64,000 nt of DNA from positions 1-64,000 of the forward strand of contig JAANOX010000069.1 in NCBI GenBank assembly GCA_020184695.1. Reading direction: 5' to 3'. Below the pieces are notes generated by a model. That model was not told the origin of the DNA. It searched no databases and saw only the letters and a program-made list of their open reading frames with translations. A program made the translations under genes and the position numbers. Positions within the stretch are counted from its first letter, which is position 1. Each line of letters begins with the position of its first letter. Origin of the DNA: Histomonas meleagridis 2922-C6/04-290x. Its lineage: Eukaryota; Protista; Parabasalia. This document shows positions 55,101-64,000 of this stretch, piece by piece.

Positions 55101-57493
55101 ACATTCTGTGGAGGCTGTAGAAGATTTTGCGGAGGCTGTAGAAGATTTTGTGGTGGTTGGATAACATTCTGTGGAGGCTGTAGAAGATTTTGTGGTGGTT
55201 GGATAACATTCTGTGGAGGCTGTAGAAGATTTTGCGGAGGCTGTAGAAGATTTTGTGGTGGTTGGATAACATTCTGTGGAGGCTGTAGAAGATTTTGCGG
55301 AGGCTGAACAAAGTTCTGTGGAGGTTGAAGAAGATACTGTGGTGGCTGCACTAAGTTTTGTGGTGGCTGAAGAAGATTCTGCGGAGGTTTAAATATAGGT
55401 CGCGGTGAGAATGGTCTATAAGAAGATTGCCTGGTGGCTTTAATGTACCCCTCTCTTTCAAACCGAACTTTATATGTATCTTCAACTGTTTCCAGTATTT
55501 CTACTTCATCATCTTTGTTGAGATGAAATATTGAAGTCTTTTTATCGGCCTTCAAATAAACATCACAATTTTCTATCACTTTACCTTTTGAATTGTCGAC
55601 CGTTAATTCTGATATATTTATATAACCGAGAACAAAATATTCAATTTTTCTGTATGTTTGTTGCTGTTGTTGTTGATCTTGAACAAGTTTAACCCTATCA
55701 AATAATATCCTAGGTACAGCAAATGCTTCCTGATTAAAATCAGGATCCGCATATACTTTCATTTCATCTTGTTGTTGTACTTGATATTGTCCCTGTAGAG
55801 GTAATCGATATTGCGGCGGCATTTGGCTCTGTGTCTGCTGCGGTAATGCGACTTGAGGCGGCTGCTGCGGTAATTGATATATTGGCATTGGCGGCAATAC
55901 TTTTTGTGACGATTGAAGTGATTGAAGATTTTGATTCTGCGTGTGCGGTATCATGTTTGCTTGCGAACTTGACAATTTGTTTTGCGTATTTTGGCCGTAA
56001 AAGTTTCTTCGTGTGTCAATGAGTGATGATGATATATTTGGCGCTTGAAGTAATGGAGTCGAAACTTTTGGTGTTTGTTCTATAATTGCTTTCTGTGGTT
56101 GTTCGTTTTCTCTTCTCCTTCTTTCTTTATATAAAGCAATTTCTTCTTTAGACAGAGGTTTATCTTGGATAATAATTTTGTGATCTTCATTCAACTTTGT
56201 TAAATATATTTTGCCTTCTTTAGTTTGTAAAATATTTTCTTGAAAATTCTCTATGCTACAATTCCCATGGTTATGAATATTATATGTTATTTCATCTGTA
56301 ACAAATGTATTATATCTAAATTTCGGATTGCCAAGTGTAAATATATCAAAAAGTTTGGCACTTTTGATAACGTTGTTAAATATTATCGGTTCAGCACCAT
56401 TATATATAGAAAATGGATATTTGGAAACATTAAGAATTAAACATTCTCTGATTATAGGCTTGCTTAGGTCAGAGATAGAAAATGCATGTGAATAAGTTTG
56501 TTCAATATATAACTTAACAAATGATGGGACTGAACAATCTCTTGTAACTATGCCAAAAGAATCACAGTTTTGTATAGTAGAATTGTATATAACTGGATTC
56601 GATAGTGAACCAAAACATGCAATAGCTGGAAATTTCATATTGAGAAATCGTGATAAATATACATATCCTGTAGAATATTCATAATTAACACCATTGCCTC
56701 CACACCCTTGAAAGGAACAACGTTCGATTTTAAGATTACTTTCTTTCATTCCATGGACTGATGAATTAATAACATCTTTAAAAATACAATCAGATGCATA
56801 AACAAGTGACTTCTCGGCAACAGATATACCGCCTCCTCTGCAATCTTCAAATTGTGTATTAAAAACATGTACATTTGATTGATTTAATACGAATATTCCT
56901 TTGCCTGGTTGACTACAAAATAATGACTCTCTGACTACCCCTGTAGAATTTTTGTAAATATAAAGTGAATATTTGGCTGTGTTTTTAAATGTAGTATTGC
57001 AAATTTTTGCATCTGAACGATCCATAACAAGAATCGAGGTATTTTGACTCTCTAAAAATTTACACCTTTGAACTGACCCACGTGACCTGTCCCTAAAGAC
57101 AAGCGATGCTTTTACTCCTGAATAAAATTCACAATCATAAAATCTTCCTTTGGAGTTTGAAAAAATTTCAATTGTACACTCTCCTTCTAAATCGCTTGGG
57201 GAAAAACGACATCGATTTGCTATTAAAGTTGAACTAGATGTAACTTGAATTTTACATTTTAATTCTAATCTTTCCATTTTTGTCTTTCCAGAGCAAACTG
57301 TAAGCCACCTTAAAATAAATTGTGAATATGTTAAAAGAGAAGATAAATATATGTCCTGTCGAAATGAAATTTCACCAATTTGTGATTTATTTTTTATAAA
57401 CAATGGCATATTCGGATCGATTAAATTCTGTTTTTCGGATATAGGTTCACATACCTCCCTGAGTCCCGTGGGGACTGGGATTTGTTGAGACAT
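52139..57493 (-). CDS. 1784-aa protein: right-handed beta-helix, SH3-like segment, QPPQNLL repeats and repetitive coiled coil
   Basis: PbH1-like repeats (IERCSFQGCGGNGV, IYNSTIQNCDSFGI), about 25 QPPQNxx heptads at ~54870-55390, a 432-bp duplication and 26-aa C-terminal repeats. Confidence 0.85.
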   Translation of the reverse strand: MSQQIPVPTGLREVCEPISEKQNLIDPNMPLFIKNKSQIGEISFRQDIYLSSLLTYSQFILRWLTVCSGKTKMERLELKCKIQVTSSSTLIANRCRFSPSDLEGECTIEIFSNSKGRFYDCEFYSGVKASLVFRDRSRGSVQRCKFLESQNTSILVMDRSDAKICNTTFKNTAKYSLYIYKNSTGVVRESLFCSQPGKGIFVLNQSNVHVFNTQFEDCRGGGISVAEKSLVYASDCIFKDVINSSVHGMKESNLKIERCSFQGCGGNGVNYEYSTGYVYLSRFLNMKFPAIACFGSLSNPVIYNSTIQNCDSFGIVTRDCSVPSFVKLYIEQTYSHAFSISDLSKPIIRECLILNVSKYPFSIYNGAEPIIFNNVIKSAKLFDIFTLGNPKFRYNTFVTDEITYNIHNHGNCSIENFQENILQTKEGKIYLTKLNEDHKIIIQDKPLSKEEIALYKERRRRENEQPQKAIIEQTPKVSTPLLQAPNISSSLIDTRRNFYGQNTQNKLSSSQANMIPHTQNQNLQSLQSSQKVLPPMPIYQLPQQPPQVALPQQTQSQMPPQYRLPLQGQYQVQQQDEMKVYADPDFNQEAFAVPRILFDRVKLVQDQQQQQQTYRKIEYFVLGYINISELTVDNSKGKVIENCDVYLKADKKTSIFHLNKDDEVEILETVEDTYKVRFEREGYIKATRQSSYRPFSPRPIFKPPQNLLQPPQNLVQPPQYLLQPPQNFVQPPQNLLQPPQNVIQPPQNLLQPPQNLLQPPQNVIQPPQNLLQPPQNVIQPPQNLLQPPQNLLQPPQNVIQPPQNLLQPPQNVIQPPQNLLQPPQNLLQPPQNLLQPPQNLLQPQQNLLQPPQNVIQPPQNLLQPPQNFVQPPQNMSQQTVTNSTENLEQNEILKILGVNSIEEAKDKITEYRTLIELLKSQEKMLMTRQENYFKENKKKEIGFKVQIKNLEKREEELFGALNVKSSEEAINQFNEINKTREKLFSLLKVKTMDEAINKVNQQIKVMMNITKIQKQNKEKQEEKEKELQHKEKEIETLNKELREQERIKQENEQFHNEFNKINAISGINDNEKSIEFLRLTKRTVEELYEHLNVNNKETAIAQINEMKRVNEETTNEINEINKANEKLFSLLKVKTMDEAINKVNQQIKVMMNITKIQKENKEKQEEKEKELQHKEKEIETLNKELREQERIKQENEQFHNEFNKINAISGINDNEKSIEFLRLTKRTVEELYEHLKVKSKEEAINEINEMKRVNEETTNEINEIRKFNDEVFKFFDIRTKEEFNNWSKELSKSMKEMRNVLNVNTKDDESITFQEIKRLTEESLKHVNEINRNNEEIYSTFKVNTPKEVIDTYKEVYNSNSQIFNALNAKTTKEAVDMINEMKKSNEEIFKILNVDNYEEVITQIEEMKKSYEEVKTQIEEMKKLNDEMFKVLNVDNYEEVKTQIEETKKSYEEVKTQIEEMKKLNDEMFKILNVNNYEEAIIQIKEMKKSYEEMFKVLNVNNYKEVKTQIEEMKKSYEEMFEVLNVNNYEEAIIQIKEMKKSYEEMFKVLNVNNYKEVKTQIEEMKKSYEEMFEVLNVNNYEEAIIQIKEMKKSYEEMFKVLNVDNYEEVKTQIEEMKKSYEEIFKVLNVNNYEEVNKNNLNNNKIDVNEVEKRLLVLNQVLDNLDCDLGEVIHKINNMKNMLSQMIQKNKKLNNEIEILNNEIKSLYIKIEDLCKEIQTLNNEKETLKNENETLKLSLGTQDPNTQSLCEEIKKLKENNEELQKENADLMQAMENLMNDEDE

Positions 57494-58500
57494 CTTGTCG
57501 AGATTTTGAATTAACGATATACTTATTGAATGGCCTGGGGTGCCTTTTTAAAAGCTCAATTTGAATGTAACAATCTTGGGTTTATTTGATCAATAAACGT
57601 TGCTTTGCAAAACTTATCAATGAATATTGAATCTCACTTCAAAAAATGCCATTTTTATACAAAATACAATTAAAACCAAATTCATAAGCATCAATGAGAA
57701 GAAAATTTTTTTTTTTAAAAAATGAACGTTTACTACATATTTTTTTTTCCCTTGTGACTTCAATAATATAATGATTGTGTGATTATAATTTTAAGAAGAA
57801 ACTTGGTATATTCTACCAACTTATGGAAGTGTTTCGTTGGACTACTTCTAATGCTTCTAATGTCAGGGGCTCCGTTCTTTGAGTTCTGAAGGGAATGATA
57901 ACATTCTAAATATAAAAAATTGGGTTTTTCATCTTGGGCAGATGTCTTCCCACAGAGGCACATATTTTTTATAAGCAAACATTAGAAAATATGCTCAAAC
58001 TCTTGGAACCCTATAGCGTAAAAGATTGATTTTATTTTTCTAAAAGTTTTGTTGTGTGATTCAATCAAAATGATCGATAGCTTTTTTTGAATTGTTTATC
58101 AATGACGATTAAACTTCAGTAATTATTAAATTTCTTCAACGGTTATTTTTTGTTTTATATTTTGGCAGAAATTGGGCAAACGGTCTCCTAAAGTTTTAAA
58201 CCTTGGGAAAACGTTTTCTCACTCATTGCCTCCAAAGTTGAAAGAGCTTTTAGTGTAGAGAAGGGATGCGTATACAAAATATTTTATGTACAGATGTTAA
58301 GTCAATTTTTTTTTATCCCAATTGTTATTTTATGTTATTTTCATTCATTATAGCAAAATGATACTCAGTAAATAAAAGCATAAAAAAAATTTACAAAAAG
58401 TAATAGATAAAAAATGCTACAAAAAAGTGACTACCTGTAGTTCAAAATTTTCTGTTCTAATTGTCACATTTCTATCGATAAACTTTCGGTTGTGCGGCAA

Positions 58501-61281
58501 ATGGAATACGGTTGCCAAGTTCTCTCTTTTCTATCAAAAGACAAATCAAGGTCAATTGCAAAGATTACAATCGATTCTTTATTTGATTCTGATTTACGAG
58601 AACGAATGTATGAAGAAAAAGATATTAATTTTTGTTTACCAATTTTATTTTTTTCTCTCAAATTAGATGATCCTTATTATTTAGATAAAACCCTTAACAT
58701 ACTTTCAAGGTGGCTTGTTGATCCAGCTGATCCTAATGCTATATTTAATTATGATCGATTTAATATATACATAAAATATTTTTTCCAAAATTTTCCCATA
58801 ATTTTCGAAGAAGAGTTCCCAAACAACCGTGATTGTTATTGGGTAGCATATGAATTATTAGAAAATATTTGCAAAACCAATGAAACATGTCAAACATCTC
58901 CTTCATTTGATCTGCAAACATGGTATGAATGTATTAAATGTTTAATAACGTGTCTTGATCGCACCATAAAATTTAAGAAACATAGTGAACTTGCACCAAC
59001 TCTTCGAAAATTATTTCTTAATTCATTTAAAAAAGCCGAACTTCGTGCATATGACCGTACCAAAGATCTTCTTGTAGACTTATATAACATTTGTTTAAAA
59101 GGTGAGCAAAGTAGCTCTCTTTGGGAAGAATTATTTCGCGATACAGTTGAAGAATTCGTTTATTCTCGCAACGATCAAAATCGAGTCAAATATTTGTATT
59201 CAATTTTAGGTCTCATGAAATGTATTACAAAAGAACAAGTACAATCCCAAAGATATTTTCCAATGCTTAGTATCTTTTTAAGTTATTCCATTGATGCGTT
59301 AACAAACAAACGAATATTATCATGTCGACCATTATTTCGGCGAAAATTTCCAACCGAAGCATTTTTACATATAATGCATGACACCGTCTTTATAGATAAA
59401 ATTATATTTGATACTAGTGAAAATGCACCATCATCGGAAGAAGTATTATTTGTACACAACATCTTTAAAGTATTTTCAAGTGGTAATTTAAGATGTGATT
59501 CCAAATGGTTTGAATGTTTCATTCAATATATATTATATATTCTTCAGATATTAAGGCCGACTAATTTAGCAGTATATTTATTATTTAATTCATGTTATAA
59601 CTTTGTTGTCGAATATCCACAAATATTTAAGCAAGTGTTAAGGACAATTCTTTATTATGCTTCATATGAGAAATTTGATATTGAGACAAAACAATATAAA
59701 AAGTTTACTGAGATCAAAAAGACGTATTGGTATCTTTCATTTGAAAACATATATGAATTAGCACTAATGGATGAAAATGATGAAATAAAATCGTCGATTC
59801 AAGCTTTAGCTAATAATTTCATGGTAACATTGAAACAAGATATTAATGAAATTAATATATATGCATTATTTTTACTTATCGAAACCGAAAATTCTTTAGC
59901 TTATGTATCACGAATATTTAATCTTGGAAATATAATTAAATCAAAATTGGATTCAAATCAATTCGCTTATACATGGGTTAAAACTGTTGGTTCATTATTA
60001 TATACATTATCAATTTCAACATATTTCATTCCAAATATATCTGATGTACTAATAAATACTGGTGCAATCGAAACCATACTTAATTGGTTCGAAGGGCCGA
60101 ATGTTAAAACGGAATTTTTGATTTATATATTCATTACATTATATGAACTATCAGGGAAAACTGATTTATTTAAGAAAAGTCGACGAATTTTATGTTATGT
60201 TTTATCATTTTTATCTAAAAGCATTAAAACACTTGAAAACATAACTGACGAAAATGACAATATTAAAAATGTTAAAAAACTCGCGCAAATATTAAAACAT
60301 TCATTGTTAATACCATTAATTAATCCATCCCAAATCGCTAAACAATATAATAACATGAAAAACATCAAAAATTATATGTTAAACAACAAAAACATTTTAA
60401 CATTTCATGAAGAAAAAGAAAACGATCAAATTCATTTAATCGTTAGAGGTAAATTTGGAATTTCTTCATTTAATATTACGAAAATATTACAAAAGGAAAA
60501 AGAACCTGCTCCAGAAATGCCGAATTCCAAATATGCGTTACGTGAAGCATTAAGAATTGATCAAAGATATGAACCTTTCGATGAATTTATTCCATTAAAA
60601 ATTGGCACTGAAAGAAACAAATATATAAACTTATTATTATCTTTGGGCTTAATTAACATAGACTCCGAATTCGTTGAATTTCAAGATGATGATGTTCTAA
60701 GAAATTTCGATTCATATTGCGATTATTGTTCTTTTCCTATTTGCGTGACGCACGTTAATTCAAGTTCAGAGTCACTTTTCGATAAAGTTGACAATGATTC
60801 TAAACGGTTTAAACTGTTTTTGTCGCACTTAACGGATTCATTCAAAATGGCTTTTTGTAAGTTCGATTTTAAGGTTGCTCCTTGTGACTCTGATGTTTTA
60901 GTTGTCTTTAATGAAACAAATGATTCCGTCAACATTCATTCTAAATTAGGGGATTATAAATTAATAATTAATGTTTCCCCGAACTATCGTACCTTTGAAA
61001 AAGATGGGTATCTCTCTTACAAAATTAGAATAGTTTACATAATGACTCTTGATTTGATGTCACTTTTTGCTAAGAAAAAGTGGAAGGTTGTGTCAGTGGA
61101 AAAATTGCCACTGATCATAGGAATGCTATGCTTTTTAGATAAGGCAATAATCGCAACTCAAAAAAGATGTGTTTTGGCTGAGAAATATACGGAGTTGTAT
61201 AAATTGAGAAAAAAGGAAATAGGGAAATTGTCAATGTTAAAAGGAAAATCAGTTCTCGAGGCTGCTGTGGATAATGAATAA
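58501..61281 (+). CDS. Large helical protein with degenerate RalGAP/tuberin-like C-terminal region
   Basis: LIVRGKFGISSF, SKRFKLFLSHL and VLVVFNE loosely match Rap-GAP-fold segments. The intact long ORF is certain; the family call is tentative. Confidence 0.5.
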   Translation: MEYGCQVLSFLSKDKSRSIAKITIDSLFDSDLRERMYEEKDINFCLPILFFSLKLDDPYYLDKTLNILSRWLVDPADPNAIFNYDRFNIYIKYFFQNFPIIFEEEFPNNRDCYWVAYELLENICKTNETCQTSPSFDLQTWYECIKCLITCLDRTIKFKKHSELAPTLRKLFLNSFKKAELRAYDRTKDLLVDLYNICLKGEQSSSLWEELFRDTVEEFVYSRNDQNRVKYLYSILGLMKCITKEQVQSQRYFPMLSIFLSYSIDALTNKRILSCRPLFRRKFPTEAFLHIMHDTVFIDKIIFDTSENAPSSEEVLFVHNIFKVFSSGNLRCDSKWFECFIQYILYILQILRPTNLAVYLLFNSCYNFVVEYPQIFKQVLRTILYYASYEKFDIETKQYKKFTEIKKTYWYLSFENIYELALMDENDEIKSSIQALANNFMVTLKQDINEINIYALFLLIETENSLAYVSRIFNLGNIIKSKLDSNQFAYTWVKTVGSLLYTLSISTYFIPNISDVLINTGAIETILNWFEGPNVKTEFLIYIFITLYELSGKTDLFKKSRRILCYVLSFLSKSIKTLENITDENDNIKNVKKLAQILKHSLLIPLINPSQIAKQYNNMKNIKNYMLNNKNILTFHEEKENDQIHLIVRGKFGISSFNITKILQKEKEPAPEMPNSKYALREALRIDQRYEPFDEFIPLKIGTERNKYINLLLSLGLINIDSEFVEFQDDDVLRNFDSYCDYCSFPICVTHVNSSSESLFDKVDNDSKRFKLFLSHLTDSFKMAFCKFDFKVAPCDSDVLVVFNETNDSVNIHSKLGDYKLIINVSPNYRTFEKDGYLSYKIRIVYIMTLDLMSLFAKKKWKVVSVEKLPLIIGMLCFLDKAIIATQKRCVLAEKYTELYKLRKKEIGKLSMLKGKSVLEAAVDNE

Positions 61282-61504
61282 AGAAAACGAAATTTCGAAA
61301 TTCTGTTTTGTTATGTTCAAATTTTTATTGTTTGCATAGAAACATTTTCTATGAAAGCTGAAAACAAAATATTTTTATGAGAAAAATTACAAATTAACAT
61401 CCAAAATGAATATCATCAGACAAAATTTAGCAAATTATTCGTGACTTATTATTGAAAAAAATAATTAATACACAACAACTTTTTTCATTTTTTGATAGTG
61501 TGTT

Positions 61505-61780
61505 TTCAAAACAAAAAATTTATTCATTAATATAATACATAATGTTAATTTAGTTTTAATGCAGTGCATCTTCAAAACGAAAAATTTATTCATTAATGTA
61601 ATACATAATGTTAACTTGGTGTTAATGCAGTGCATCTTCAAAACGAAAAATTTATTCATTAAAATAATACATAATTTTAATTTGGTGTTAATACAGTTCA
61701 TCTCAAAACGAAAAATTTATTCATTAATGTAATACATAATGTTTATTTGGTGTTAATACAGTTCATCTTCAAAACGAAAA
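61505..61780. repeat. 66-bp tandem repeat, about 4.2 copies
   Basis: Units start at 61505, 61571, 61637, ~61703 and 61768 (ttcaaaacgaaaaatttattcattaatgtaatacataatg...). Confidence 0.92.
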
Positions 61781-61874
61781 CCTTTGCAGAGAAAAATTAT
61801 TAATAATTTCGAAAATAATTTTTACTTTGCTTATTTCCATTTCTACAAATTATTTTGTACATTCGATATTTCGT

Positions 61875-64000
61875 TTAGTGTTCCTGGTGCTCTAGCTCAT
61901 CCGTCTCGATGATTTTCCTCATTGTGTCTTCCAAGCTTTCGATCATCACGTTATACTTTTCGAATCCCAAACTTTCCTTATTCTGTTCCAGCATCTCCAG
62001 CACGTCGGCAACTCTTAAGTCGCTTGGTATGGAGACTGTCATTTGGTTATTCTCGTCGAGAACAGCTTCCGCAACAATAGATCTCACGAGTTCTAATATT
62101 CGTTCCATGTTTGGCTCTCCGCCAATGAACGTAATGTTATATCCGCATTTATATTTGTTACGCATTTCCGCTGCTGTGCCACTAAATGAGATATGTCCAT
62201 GTTGCATAACAATAATTTGTGATGAAAATGATTCAGATTCTTCTAGTGAATGCGTGGTCATTAATACTGTGCTATCTCGATGATTCTCTAATACTTTTTG
62301 AATCAATTGTCGAGATTGTGCATCAACTCCTGCAGTAAGTTCATCCAAAATAATAATACTTGGGGACTTAAGTAACGCTAATATTAATTGAAGTTTACGT
62401 TTTTGTCCTCCACTAAGGTCTTGTGTTTTACTTCCAGCACAATGTGCCAACTCAAGCGCCGATAGGTAATATTGAATGTCCCTCTCAATTGCCTTTTCAC
62501 TTTTGCCCGTAAACCTGTCAAATAATTGAATCATTTCTTTGACAGTGAAGTCCTTGATGAAGCAGTTCTCTTGGAAAACAACGCCTAATGACCTGTAAAC
62601 AAAAGAGAAATCATTAACAATCGGCTCGCCGAAGAAGAAGATGTTACCTTCAGTTATAGGGAATGAACCAATTAAAGAATTAATTAGTGTGGTCTTTCCA
62701 GAACCGTTTGGCCCAATTGTTACAACTATTTCACCAGGTTTAATACTTAATGAAACGTCATCAACAGCTTTGATGTTAAGCCTGCCGCCATAAATCTTGG
62801 TCAAATGTTCAAAGCGAATGGCTTCTTCTGGATCATCAATATTTAGAACTTTAGGCTTGCCAAACAAAGCCCTCCAGACTTCGCTTTTGAACATATTTCT
62901 CCATCCAATCAATGGCCTTCCATAAGCTTGTGGATTCATTAGTGTAAACCAAAATGCTAAAATCGAATAAAAGATGAAATTACCAATAATACATAACAGA
63001 GCCGAAGTTCCTGATATTTTGTTGTGTACAAAGCCTAAGTTACTCCATGAAAGTGGTTCTCCATCTTTTTTAGCTGCTTGCATAAGTAAATTTATTAATG
63101 TGAATCCACCTTGAGGGAATAGAACAGACAAAACAATCCACATTTCTTTGGGAATATTACTTTCGAAAGATATTAATATCATAAAAACAATAGTAACGAA
63201 TATTTGGAATAATAAGAAACCACTAATGGAACCAGTTGACTTAAGTAATGGTGCAAATACAAAGAAGATACAAATAATACTTAGAACCGTAAGTAATGTT
63301 ACAACTAAATCAAGTGTAATATCGGTTCCTTTGGAGTCTTCAATGGTGCAGCATGTGAAGACGACCGTTAAGACCGTTACCGGTATTTGTTCGATGAAGG
63401 AGGCGAGGAAAAGTGCCAAGTGTTTGACTAACTCTGACAGGTTGTACATTCGGAGCATAAAGAAAATACGCTCAACATTAAGTTGATAAAATATTTGACT
63501 ATCAGAAAAAATTGGAAAGATCATCCCCATTAAAAAGAGTGAAATAACAGTCGATTGAGAAACTGCTGGTGTATAATGAGCTAATCCCATTGACTTAACA
63601 TTCATTTTTATCTTTTTGATGTTTTCATAAAGATATTGAAAATATCCATGAACAAATGTGGGTTGAACGTACGTTTGTTCGAGAAAATCAGACGAAGATA
63701 TCAATGTAACGGAATAATTTGGTGCAAGATAAATACCATAATTTGACTCATTCTTTGTTTTAAGATATTTTTCAAGTTCGGACCTTGAGGGAAATGGTTG
63801 TAATTTTTCATATCCAGGGAAAAAACCATTTAGAAAGTTCTTTGTAAAAGTATCATTAGGAGCATAACCAACATCGATTTCAGACGTTTGAAGTAATAAG
63901 TTTAATTCTTCCCATTTACCTGAAATTTCGGTTATATTAGGCGTAAGAACTTCAGTTGCTTTAATAGGGTTTCGTGTAATTAAATATGCAAAAGCACTCA
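61875..64000 (-). CDS. ABCA-family ABC transporter, 5' end beyond the window
   Basis: GPNGSGKTT, LSGGQKRKL, IIILDELTAGVD, TTH and KYKCGY motifs plus TM segments. The frame checked manually is open from 63704 to the window edge. Confidence 0.92.
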   Translation of the reverse strand, partial: SAFAYLITRNPIKATEVLTPNITEISGKWEELNLLLQTSEIDVGYAPNDTFTKNFLNGFFPGYEKLQPFPSRSELEKYLKTKNESNYGIYLAPNYSVTLISSSDFLEQTYVQPTFVHGYFQYLYENIKKIKMNVKSMGLAHYTPAVSQSTVISLFLMGMIFPIFSDSQIFYQLNVERIFFMLRMYNLSELVKHLALFLASFIEQIPVTVLTVVFTCCTIEDSKGTDITLDLVVTLLTVLSIICIFFVFAPLLKSTGSISGFLLFQIFVTIVFMILISFESNIPKEMWIVLSVLFPQGGFTLINLLMQAAKKDGEPLSWSNLGFVHNKISGTSALLCIIGNFIFYSILAFWFTLMNPQAYGRPLIGWRNMFKSEVWRALFGKPKVLNIDDPEEAIRFEHLTKIYGGRLNIKAVDDVSLSIKPGEIVVTIGPNGSGKTTLINSLIGSFPITEGNIFFFGEPIVNDFSFVYRSLGVVFQENCFIKDFTVKEMIQLFDRFTGKSEKAIERDIQYYLSALELAHCAGSKTQDLSGGQKRKLQLILALLKSPSIIILDELTAGVDAQSRQLIQKVLENHRDSTVLMTTHSLEESESFSSQIIVMQHGHISFSGTAAEMRNKYKCGYNITFIGGEPNMERILELVRSIVAEAVLDENNQMTVSIPSDLRVADVLEMLEQNKESLGFEKYNVMIESLEDTMRKIIETDELEHQEH

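Noticed and set aside
54853-55311. 152-aa ORF with HRMLSNHHKIFYSL repeats
   Set aside because: It is an alternative frame of the QPPQNLL array within the 1784-aa gene.
16520-61780. CRISPR-like arrays (16.5-kb minisatellite and 61.5-kb 66-mer)
   Set aside because: The units are contiguous with no unique spacers, no cas genes are present, and the context is eukaryotic.

Overview
AT-rich eukaryotic DNA, almost certainly from a parabasalid (trichomonad). The support is intronless compact genes, TCA(T/C)(T/A) initiator motifs just upstream of ATGs, a BspA-type LRR protein and trichomonad-style repeat families; the species cannot be determined from the sequence. Positions 1-10.3 kb are decayed mobile DNA. 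They hold a Maverick/Polinton-like or virus-like relic (SF3/D5-type helicase, rve integrase, a small conserved gene and a ~609-codon bacteriophage-type tail-fibre gene broken only by in-frame stops), a Mutator-like transposase pseudogene between its two blocks, a compound DNA hairpin and two eroded tRNA-like sequences. Positions 10.7-22.4 kb hold a divergent histone H3 (CenH3 candidate), a BspA gene, a fully delimited Mutator-like element (16333-19143; TIRs, 8-bp TSD, internal minisatellite) and a ~970-aa mucin-like membrane protein. Positions 22.5-64 kb are mostly host genes: MGMT, an IBD-like protein, an Lnt/nitrilase-like membrane protein, a GT61-like protein, an AGC kinase, dynein LC8, PABP-like, PWP1, two TBC proteins, a SIZ/PIAS-type E3, Dbf4-like, ATR, a beta-helix/SH3-like/coiled-coil giant, RalGAP/tuberin-like and an ABCA transporter. 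A TIR-bounded mariner relic lies at 31048-32473. All family calls come from motifs recognised by eye, not database searches. Several 1-nt frameshifts fall in A/T homopolymers and may be assembly errors.
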